Positions 29,801 to 40,451 of a stretch of DNA of 64,000 nt are shown here, piece by piece. A program made the position numbers and the translations under genes. The stretch comes from Geosiphon pyriformis uo1 (Eukaryota; Fungi; Glomeromycota): contig JAAOMT010000468.1 of the NCBI GenBank assembly GCA_016748015.1, forward strand, positions 186,001-250,000, in the 5' to 3' direction. A model generated the notes under the pieces. It saw nothing but the letters and a program-made list of their open reading frames with translations. It did not search any database and had not been told where the DNA came from. Position 1 is the first letter of the stretch. Each line of letters begins with the position of its first letter.

Positions 29801-30768
29801 GGAACAAATGCCATTGAGATGATTGGCAATTGTTGTTAAAGTTGTGATTGGAATTGTAATAGTGATAGTTGGAGTGGTATGACAACTGGTAGTAAATTAA
29901 TTATAATTACTGGAAGTATGTTTTGCTAATTAATAATCATGGAGTTTGGATTGTTTTAATTTGGCTAAGTTAAAACAATTGGAATTTCAAATTTCAGATT
30001 TTCTAGAATCAGGTTTTGATACTTAAATTCCTGATTTTTGTCTTCTTTTTCTGATTTTATGATCTCCCAAAAACTGGCAGTTTCAAAATCTGGTTGAGGT
30101 AATAATGATCAAAATTTTAATGGTATTGGTAATTGTAAATTAAATTCTTCAAAATAATCATCATAAGTTTCCAATAATTTTGTTTTCTTTTATTTACTTT
30201 GAAATAAAAATTGGACCAATGCTGTTTTTACATTTAATGTGGACATATCTGCTAATGAAATGTTAATAGTACTTCTGGATATATAGTAGTAAGATAGATT
30301 GGTTGGTGATTCAACTCTTGTTTTTTTCTAAGTAAGTGGTTGTATTCTCTGAGGTGTTACTGCTGGTGTTTGTAGTTTTTTCTTGCCCTTGTTTGCATAA
30401 GTGATTGGATATCTTTGTTAAGTATGATTTTCAATTTCTCAATTGATTTCAATAATAATTGATGTGAAATTATGAGTTACTAGTAAGCTGGTGTTTTGAA
30501 TTAACTTGTTGTAAAAATTTTTTTTTGCTGATTTAGTATCTACTGGTGCTCCTAGAAAATATGAAATTTTTTTATTAACGTAAAAATTAAAGACTGATTT
30601 TGCTAATAAGTGATTGCTAATTAATCCCAAGTGTTGACAGTAGTGTTGGAATAAAAATTTGGCAAATTCTAAATGGTTTGTCCCTATTCTTTCTAATTCT
30701 GTTACTTTTAAATGATGGTTTGTTGGTGCTGGTTTTCTGTAAGATTATACTTTACAGAGAACACTAAA

Positions 30769-31597
30769 TGTTACAGGTAATTATTTGAGGTCTCAAAGCA
30801 AATAACAAATTCATAACTTGGTACTTAATAGTTAATATGATTATAATAATTTCTGATGGTTTATGTGATCTGAAGGTTTTATTAAACTGAAGGTTTTGGG
30901 TTTGAGTTCTTTGTATAATGGACAAAAATTCAATAGTTGTTTTATTAGTAGCCTTTCAGAATTACAATTCCATCAAATTTTTTTCTTCAATGTGATGGCC
31001 AGTTTATTCTGATAGTTATGCTCTTCTGGTAAGCTATTTTCAATTTCCGAGTTCTTTACTCTTATTTCTGGGTCTTTTACCAGACTATCCTTGACATCAA
31101 TAATTCAGCACTTAATTTTTAATCAATTAGTAAACAATAAAAAACAACAAAAGAAAATAAAGAAAACAAAAGAAAATGCAGAAAATAAAACCAAGACAAT
31201 TAAGTTAGTATTCTGTCAATAGCCATAATTAAAAGCTATTGTTCTAGTGTGGTTAAATATAAGTTACTATTAACATAAAGTGTTAATAGTGAACAATTGA
31301 ATTGATATAATCAATAAGTATATTTATTGATAATATGAATATATAGATGCTAACTAAAAAGTGGAACTCAGATGTTTGTCTTTTCTGTTTCTAATATTAT
31401 CACTATATATACATAATTGAAATTTCTCAATTTCTCAATTTTTTGCACCAGAAATCCTGTAATTTCTTAAGAAGAATCCTACAATTCTGGAATTCTGCAA
31501 TTTCTTTAAAAGAAATTCTGGAATTCTCTATTTACTATGTCTATTTCTGATTGGCTAATTTATATGTTAATATAATTCCTATATTTTATGAGTAATA
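30769..31597 (-). repeat. 5' LTR of B1
   Basis: TGTTACAGG...GAGTAATA; PBS remnant adjacent. Confidence 0.9.
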
Positions 31598-31714
31598 GTG
31601 CTTAATCTTTTTTATCAGTTAGTAAACAAACAACAAAAAATAAAAAATAAAAAATAAAAATAAGAATTAGTATTCTGTCAATAGCCATAATCAAAAGCTA
31701 TTGTTCTAGTATGG
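31598..31714 (-). repeat. 117-bp internal fragment of an older B-type LTR (L1) between two insertions
   Basis: Aligns to the LTR segment GTGCTTAAT...GCTATTGTTCTAGTATGG seen in other LTRs (e.g. 50091-50210). Confidence 0.8.
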
Positions 31715-33227
31715 TGTTACAGATGATTATTTGGGGTCTTGAATCAAATAACAAATCCATAACTTGGTGTTTAATAAATATAATGATGTTGGTAATTTCT
31801 GAAGATAAATTTTTCTGAAGGTTTTGGTTAAGTCCTTTGTATAATGAACAGAGATTCAATTGATAGTTTTATCCATAGCTTCCTAAAACTGCAGTTTTGT
31901 CAATTTTTTTCTTAACATGATGGCCGGTAATTTTTCTGGTAAGATATCTTTAATTCTGAATGTCTACTCTTATTCTTGGGTTTTTTACCAGTATATCCTG
32001 ATGTCAGTATCTTCACATGTAAATTTTTTTAATCAAGTTTAACAAACAACAAAAAAATAATAGCAAGAAAAGAAATTAAAAAAAAAAAACATAAGCCAAG
32101 GCAATTTACACATTAGTATTCTGTCAATAGCTATAATCAAGAGCTATTGTTCCAGTGTGATTTAAGTATCAATTACTATTAACATGAAATGTTGATAATG
32201 AAAAGTAGATTGAGATAGTGAATAATTATTTTATTGATATTTGTAAATAAAAGATTGCTTAGATCAAATCTAAACTGAGAAGTCTGTCTTTTTCTACTTC
32301 TAATGCTACCAATATATATACATAATTGAGATTCCTCAATTCCTTAATTCTTTACACCAAGAATTCTGGGATTCTTGGAATCCTGTAATTTTTTTGAGAG
32401 GAATCCTGGAATTCTGAAATCCTGTGATTTTTTATACAAAAATTCTGAAATTTCTGGAATTCTGCAATTCTTTGAGAAGAATTCTGGAATTCCACATTTA
32501 CTACAGTTATTTCTGATTGGCTAATATATATGCTAATATACTTCCTATATTCTATGAGTAATATTATTCTCTCCTTTTTAATATTAAGCTCTGTCGAAAT
32601 CTCTTAATTCAAATTCTCTGTTTTTGAGTATTTCTTAAACTTCTTTCTCAAGAATTACTTGTGCTATCTTGTTCTGTAATTCTTCAAATTAAGCATTAAT
32701 TATTTTTCTCATTTGGTTAATGATAATAGAGTTTATTTCTGGATTGAGTAAGATTTTTGGTCGATCTTGAAATTCAGTGTGTAGCTAATAGATGGCTTTT
32801 GTTTGTGTAGTTAAATTGTTTTTCCCTACAAATTGTTCTAGTTGTTGCAATATTGTTGTGTTAAATAATTGTTTTGTTTTATCTGTATACAAGCCCTAAA
32901 TGTTCAAGTGTTGTCTCAAATAAAAATAACAAAAGTTTTTTGGAAATTGTTGTATTCACCAATTCCAAGTTTTTATAGTTAACTCTTAATATTGGGTGAC
33001 TTTTAGTTGTATTTCTATTGCCAATATCACTTTTGTAATTATTTTGTCCACAGTGTTTTCTGTTTTTCTTTGTATTTTATTTTGTGGTTTTTTTCTGGTG
33101 TTGTGTATCTGATAGTTTGTTGGTTGATTGTAATTTCCATCTCTTGTTGTTGGATTAATTGAAAAAGTTGTTGTGTTAATAAGTAAATGCCATCAGTAAT
33201 CTCCATTTTTCTGCTGTTTTTTGTCGT

Positions 33228-34105
33228 TGTTACTCATAGAAATATAGGAAATATATTAGCATGATTAGTAGTCAATCAAAAGTAGGCGTAGTAAAATGGG
33301 GAATTCCAGGATTCCTCTCAGGAATTGCAGGATTCCAGGAATTTCAGAATTCCCCGACAAGAAATTGCAGGATTCCAGAATTCCAGGATTTCTCTCAAAA
33401 GAATTGCAGAATTCTAGAAATTTCAGGATTCTTGTTGTAAAGAATTGAGGAATTGAAGAATCTTAAATTATGTATATATAGCAGTAGGATTAGAAGTTGA
33501 ACAGAGAGATCTCTCAGTTTAGATTTAATCTAAGTAACATTCCAGTTCCCAATCATCAAATAAATAATTATTCCATATCTCAATCCACTTTCCACTATCA
33601 ACACTTCATGTTGATAGTAATTGATACTTAACCATGCTGGAACAATAGCTCTTGATCATAGCTATTGACGAGATACTAATGTATTAAATTGCCTTGGCTT
33701 ATTTTCTCTATTTTCTTTATTTTATTTTCTTTATTTTATTTTTCTTTCTTTTTTATTTTGTTGTGTACTAATTGATTAAAAAATTAAGCACTGAGTTATT
33801 GATGTCAAGAATAGTCTGGTAAAAGACCCAGAAATAAGGGTAGGATTTTATATATTATTAGATAGCTTACCAGAAGGGCATGACTGCCAGACTAAATCCA
33901 GCCACCACACTAAGAAAGAAATTGAGAAAACTCTTGGAAAGATACATCTACTATCAACACTATTGAATCTCTGTTCATTATATAAAAGACTCCATCAAAA
34001 CCTTCAAATACCACACTTGCAGAAACTCATCCACAGAAGTAGCTTTTGAGCACCAAGTTATGGGTTTGTTATTTAATTCAACAGCAGAAATAATCACCTG
34101 TAACA
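33228..34105 (+). repeat. 5' LTR of C (878 bp): GGAATTCCAGGATTCC-type U3 repeats, TATA-like ~33473, AATAAA ~33559, hairpins, T-tract
   Basis: TGTTAC...GTAACA termini; colinear with 42532-43395. Confidence 0.97.
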
Positions 34106-34107
34106 TT

Positions 34108-34124
34108 TGGTGCTCTCTGTGAGG
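34108..34124 (+). promoter_or_regulatory. Primer-binding site TGGTGCTCTCTGTGAGG (probably elongator tRNA-Met)
   Basis: TGG 2 nt after the LTR; decayed versions in B1, B2 and E; complement CCTCACAGAGAGCACCA resembles eukaryotic tRNA-Met(e) 3' ends. Confidence 0.75.
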
Positions 34125-37100
34125 TATATTCCTACAGAGAACCAGCACCAACAAACACCATCCAAAAGTGGCAGAATCAGAAAATATAGGAGCAAACCAT
34201 TTAGGATTTGCAAAATCTTTATTTCAATACTATTGTCAATACTTGGGATTAAACTACAATCATATATTTGCCGAATCAGCCTTCAACTTCTACATTAATG
34301 AAAAGATTTCCTCTTTATTAGAAACACCAGTGAATACTGAATCAGCAAGGGAAACTTTCTATAGAGAGTTAATTCAAAACACCAATCTGCCAATAAATCA
34401 TAATTTCGCATCCATCATTACTGAGATCAACAAAGAAATTGAACACCACACTCAACAAAGATATCTAATTACATACACTAGTAAAAGCAAGGAAAAACTA
34501 CAAACACCAGCAGTAACACCCAGAAAAATACAGCCACCTACTTGAAAGAAAAACAGAATTGAATCCCCAAGCAACCCATCTTACCACTATACACTGAGAA
34601 GCACCATTAACATATCATCAATAGATGCATTCCCATTAACTGCGACATCAGCATTTGGATAATTCCCATTCCAAAGTAGACAAAGGAAAACAGAATTATT
34701 AGGACCATACAGCAAATACTTTGAGGGATTTAATTCACGATCATCAATCTTATTAGGACTTCAATCACCACCACCTCCACCTGATTTTAGAATCTCTGAT
34801 CTGTGGAAAGCAGCAGAATCAGAAAAAGAGGAAGAAAAATCAGAGGATTAAGAATTCACTAACCAGCACCTGATTACTGAAAACCTGAAAGTTGAAACCC
34901 CAAATTTTCAAACTCAGCAAAATTTAAATCTAGAAAATTTGGAAATCGAAACTCTGAATCATCAAAAGCAGAACAATCCAAACCCCAAATTAATTAATCA
35001 ACAAAACTTATCTCCGGTAATTATCATCAATCAACCACCAATTAATCCCATAGCCAAACTCATACAACAGCCCCTTCAACTACCACCCCAACAACCAGTA
35101 TAATAACAACTGCTTCAACAGCTACCACAACCACCTAACTTAGATCCAATGGCCTATGCACCAATCACAAAACTTGACAACTTTACTGGCAAAGAAAATG
35201 ACACTCAAGTATGGCTGAATAATGTAGAAAAAGCCATTGCAACCAACAGATGGAATGACACCTAAGCAATGCAAGCCATTTCCTACTTTCTCAAGGATAC
35301 TGCCAATTTATGATATCAAAGCTTGGTTAATAAACCACAAGATTTCAATGCCTTCAAAGTGGAATTTCTAAGATACTTCAGCAACAATAACAGCATCAAT
35401 TGCCTAGTTAATACATTCACCACCATAAAACAAGGAGAAACTGAAGTGGTTACTACTTATCTGGGACACTTTTATTAAAACTTGTGCCAAATTCAAACAA
35501 TTGATGCCAACTATTTCACAGCCCCACAGATACTTAACCAGTTTATCTGTGGTCTGCGCAGCAGCATCTTGCAACATGTATGTCTGTTGCATCCAGGCAC
35601 CCTTTAGGACACAGTCACATGTGCCAGAGATTTTGAATCCGCTGAGTCAAAGGCTAATCACACCCAAGCTGTTAATCTAGTAATAAATGGATCATCTGAA
35701 TTGGATTTCAAATTGAAGAAGTTCAGTGAATCAATTAATAAGAGATTGGAAGGATACTTAGCTGACAATCATGCCATTTATCAGCCTCTACAACAACGCA
35801 ATAATCAAAGAAACTCTAATCGTGCTCAAAATCAACCACATCCATCTTCATCGACCAATCAACAGTGACAACAGAAAACACGTATCTGCCACTATTGTGG
35901 TAAACAAGGACATATCCAAATTGACTGTCATCAGCATTTAAATAATTAATGATCAGAAAACCAATATTGAAACCCTGATCACTGGTTCTTAACTCCGAAT
36001 TATCAATCAAACTCAACACAATATCAAATTATTTACCTGCCAATGACACAGCAATCAATTTATCAACCACCAGTATATCAAGCTCCAATTTATCAACCAA
36101 TGGCCCCAATTTATCAGTCACAGCCACAGGTAATGTATCAATCACAACCGTTAACAATTTATCAACCCCAAACAATTCAGACTCCACCACAAAACTTACT
36201 GGCCAGTGGAGTCCAAAGGCTGAAAATCACACAGCAAAACTGGAGATTGTCAATGGTAGTTCATCAGCCGATCCCCAGCTCCTTCAGTCAAACAGGATCT
36301 CATCAATGGAATTTGGGTGCCGGGAATCCCCAAAACCCAAATTCCCAGAACTATTTAAGTCTCCTGGTTACCCCAGAAGACACCTCACCCAGCAACCAGG
36401 AACCCATCCAGAAACAACAAACACATACCAACAATATTCTACCAGCAATAGTCACCAACGACGAATCACTGAACACCATTTTTCCATTTAAATTCAAGGA
36501 ACCATTAACCATGTCATTATTTAGTGGAGCCGCATTGGAAGAAAAGCCCATTATTGCTATGTACACTAATGCGAAAATTGATGGCCATCACATCAAACTA
36601 ATTCTTAACAGTGGTTCAGCAAGCAACATCATCACATAACAACTTATGGATCAATTAGGTCACCGAGTTGATCAAGCTGTTAGCACCAGAATCATCATGA
36701 CTGATAGAGCAACCAAGACTCCCATCAGTGAAATTGATGACTTACCAATCAAAATTAACACCATCATAGTACCAATCAAAGTACTTGTTCTGGAAGCTAC
36801 CCAATACCAAGCTCTAGTTGGTAATGACTGGCTGTCCAAGACAAATGCCACTCTGGACTGGAATACACAAGAGCTCCAACTCAGTCAGAACGGGCAATAC
36901 ACATGAGTACCAGTTACATGTGGCCACTTCAAGGTTACCAATATCATGGCACCACTAATCAACTTCGAGAAAAAAAAAAAAAAACCTACCTGAGAAGCCT
37001 ACTAAGTATTATGGGCTAATGAAGAGCACAATGAGCTGCCACCAATACTCTCTTGGGACAACAATGGGAAAGGGAAGCAAACAAATGAACTTACCTGGGA

Positions 37101-37269
37101 AACCAACAATTTGACTTGGACTGACAATGAACAGGAAAAACCATCGAGTTGGGAGTGGAAAGAAGAAAAAGGAAAAGGGAAAGAGAGAGAGGAAGAAAAC
37201 ACTCAAGCCAACAACACTTATATCCATACACCTACGGTCAACAACAATCATTGACCTATTGCCGATCCA

Positions 37270-37900
37270 AACTGATATGCATTGATTGTGGCAAGAAATT
37301 GTCATTAATGGGTGCATGCTGTGGCAACAATAAAGAATATCAGATGGCAACCAAGTTCTATTCTCGTGCATGCCATGTTGAACGTTTTGGAAGACCAAAA
37401 CGAGTGAGAAAATGGGATAATACACTATGTATAGTCTGTGGAAAAACTCTCCTTGATAAAGAAATGTGGAACGACATTCCGGGGAGAGGAGAAACGTGCA
37501 ACGTGTTCTGCCAATACATGATCCTCATTAGCGACTGGGTCGAAAAAAGAACATCTATAGAAGCCATCTAGAGAAGAGCTGTACAGCGATTGGACAGTTG
37601 TCCCCATGATAACAATGAATTATGGCAGATGGCAATTGCCAAAATTGAAGACGTGTCATCAGAAGAAATCAGAACAATTAAAAACAACCTACCAGAACCC
37701 ATCGAGCTTGACTGGGATGCCAAGCCAGTCATAAATTTTCTGGAACCAGAAAAGTTCCATGAACACTACCAAAACTTGGCACCCACTAAAGAAAAGCAAG
37801 AACAATGGCTAGCATAGTTAAATACAAGACTGTGTTGCCATTGTTTAATTCCCAGTAACTTTGAATATTGTAACGATTGAGACCTCATTTACAATCTACC
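37270..37900 (+). other. Cys/His-rich putative multi-zinc domain between protease and dUTPase
   Basis: CIDC, CCG, RACH, CIVC, CNVFC, CPH, LCCHCLIP..YCND; same pattern in B2, B1, H2 and F. Confidence 0.65.
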
Positions 37901-38165
37901 ACCACGCATGATCTACATGATCCCTGAAGAAGAAGAACCAATCAGCAGCTGTGCATCGAAATCAGAATTGCTGATTAATCGCGATCCAGACTCCAATAAT
38001 GATGACAAAAACACCAGTTTCAGCTCTGTTCAAAATGGCAATGACAACAAAGACAATCCAAACTCAGATTCAAACTCCGATTTAAACTATGAACAATATA
38101 TTGCACTACCAGATCTCTCTAAGGAACAAGAGTTGAAATGATATAGTGACAATGGGGAAGATATT

Positions 38166-38558
38166 ATGCCAGAACGTGCGCACAATACTAATGCAGGATT
38201 TGATCTGAGATATCCGGGAACAGAAGCCATTAAATTGGAACCACATACACGCACCTGCATTGATCTGAAAGTAGCACTAGAAATTCCGACAACAATAATG
38301 GTTCAATTAGCATCTAAGAGTAGTTTAGTGAAAAGAGGGATTAATATAAGAGGAGGAATAATTGATGTGGGATATGTAGAAAATATCATCACTATGTTAC
38401 AAAATGACTCAGAAAAGACCTATATAATAGAGCCCAATGAAAAAATAATACAGACAATATTTCTGCCTCTAGTTAGAGTAGCTCAGTTAGTATCAATGTG
38501 AAAAAGGGAGGAATTAAGAATAACAGCAAGAGGAATACAGGAATTCAGATCAACGGGT
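38166..38558 (+). pseudogene. dut: Trimeric-type dUTPase domain within the polyprotein
   Basis: Five motifs recognisable: AGFDL, KSS(RSS)L, GIIDVGYVE, EKIIQ, RGIQEFRSTG (decayed RG..GFGSTG). Confidence 0.9.
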
Positions 38559-40451
38559 AGAATAGATGTACCAGTTAATATGGCGGATGAAGAAATTGTT
38601 GGCCAAGGAGAAATTATCTCAACTGGTCAAGCTATTTCCATTCCACCATATAACCAGTACATGCTAACAATAGAAAGGAAGAAAAAAGACCAAACACAAA
38701 TTTTTGAAGCAGAAGCTAGTCTTTGTGAATTAGGAGAAGTTGGACTCATCAATCTCTACATACCAGCCAAAGATTACAGCCACATCAAAATTCCTATCTA
38801 CAATAATACAGGAAATATTATAAAAATACCAGCCAGAACCATTATTGAATACTTAAACACTAAAATGGAAGATCAACCACCAAATCCCATTCCAGACTTT
38901 CCACAACTTTGTGGATATGTCAATATTACATCACAAACAATATATGGACAAAGTGAATGTTATTTGCTCCAACCAGGACAATTGGAACAAATGAACATGG
39001 AAAACTCAGATCCACTCCAACGTATGCAACTCAAGATGTTGCTCAACCAGTTTAATGATATCTTTGCCAGTGAAAATAAGTTTGGCCGAACTGACATTAT
39101 TCAGCACCAGATCAAGACTGGAGATACAATGCCAATTAAACAAAGAGCATACAAAGTGCCACCAGTCAGCCATGAGATTATTTGTCAAGAGATAAACCGA
39201 ATGCTTGACAATGGGCTAATTCAGCCATCAATAAGCCCATGGTCATTATCAGTAGTACTCGTTCATAAGAAGAATGGAAAGATCCAATTTTGTGTGGACT
39301 ACAAAAAACTCAATGATGTAACTTGTGAAGTCAGCTATCCAACTTCACGGATACAGGAATTATTCGATGCTTTTGGCGGAAACAAATGGTTCTCAACATT
39401 GAACTTAAATAGTGATTACTGGCAAGTAGCCATGGATCCAGCCAACAAAGAGAAGATGGCATTTACCATGAGAGAAGAGAATTTTGAATTTGAAGTAATG
39501 CCATTCAGTTTAACCAATGTACCAGCCACTTTCCAATGGCTAATAGAAATCATCTATACTGATTTATTGTGGAAATCAGTAGTTGTATACTTGGACAACA
39601 CCAATGTATTCTCAAAAACATTTGATGATCATCTTCATCATCTCCAACAAGTGTTCGAAAGACTAAGAAGAGCAGAGCTAAAGTTAAATGCAACAAAGTG
39701 CTTCTTTGGCAAGACAGAACTAAAATTTTTAAAGCACATAGTCAGCAAAAACAGCATTAAAATGGATCCAGAGAAAATAGAGATAGTAAAGAACTTTTCA
39801 ATGCTGACCAATATAACAGAACTGAAATCATTCTTGGGATTTGCCAGCTACTATTGATGTTTTATCAAGAACTTTTCCAAAATAGCACAGCCACTCAACC
39901 AACTGCAAACCAAGAATACCAAATATAAATGGGCAGAAAATCAACAAGAAGCTTTTGACATTTTGAAAAGAAAGCTCATTCAAGTTCCAGTACTGATTTA
40001 TCCAGATCACAGCAAACTATTCATCATTACCACCGATGCATCTGGCCAAGCATTGGGAGCAGTATTATTTCAGAGAAGACCAGATGGCAGAGAACATCCA
40101 GTAGCATATGTCAGCAGAAGTTTAATGCCAGCCGAAAAGAACTATGAAACACCAGAACAAAAACACTTAGCAATATACTGGGCAGTTATGAAATGAAGAA
40201 AATACTTGAGCCAGAAGTTTGAAGTATACACAGACCACAAGGGATTAACATTACTCCAAAAACAAGAATTTGGAGATGGAAGGCAGTCAAGATAGAAAAT
40301 GGCACTCACACCATACAATTATACTATACATTACAAAAAAGGAAAAGACAATGGAAATGCTGATGGTTTGTTGCAAATAAGACAAATCTAAGAACATTTC
40401 AACCCAAAAATATAACAAAACCAGAACAATACCAACGAAAAATAACAAAAA

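Larger units (their letters stand above)
11656..31597 (-). mobile_element. Family-B element B1 (apparently recombinant), LTRs 11656-12561 and 30769-31597, interrupted by B2
   Basis: PPT at 12562-12576, PBS remnant ~30751-30766, gag-PR-Cys-dUTPase-RT-RH-IN-ORF3 order on minus strand; LTRs and flanks (ACAT vs GTGC) do not match. Confidence 0.85.
34168..40391 (+). pseudogene. gag-pol: gag-pol polyprotein of C (~2070 codons): N-extension, capsid from ATG 35149, CCHC knuckle 35887-35928, protease ~36541-36960, Cys-rich domain, dUTPase, RT, RNase H
   Basis: CHYCGKQGHIQIDC; ILNSGS (decayed DSG); YLDN ~39588; TDASG/YVSR; premature stops and one -1 indel near 37220; ends ...RQI* at 40389-40391. Confidence 0.92.

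Noticed and set aside
33299-33465. Short palindromic repeats resembling a CRISPR array
   Set aside because: No unique spacers or constant period, no cas genes; they are U3 repeats present in every B LTR.
33809-33890. Hairpin or hammerhead ribozyme in the LTR (ACCAG/CTGGT helix; CAGACGAG in family A)
   Set aside because: The catalytic cores (AGAAACA/GUAUAUUAC loop B; CUGANGA...GAAA) are not present on either strand; kept only as an unknown structured motif.
37200-37240. Programmed frameshift between PR and downstream pol in C
   Set aside because: B2 reads through the same region in one frame (ORF 19558-20157), so this is a copy-specific indel.
38166-38558. Stand-alone host dUTPase gene
   Set aside because: In frame within the polyprotein and repeated at the same position in each element copy.
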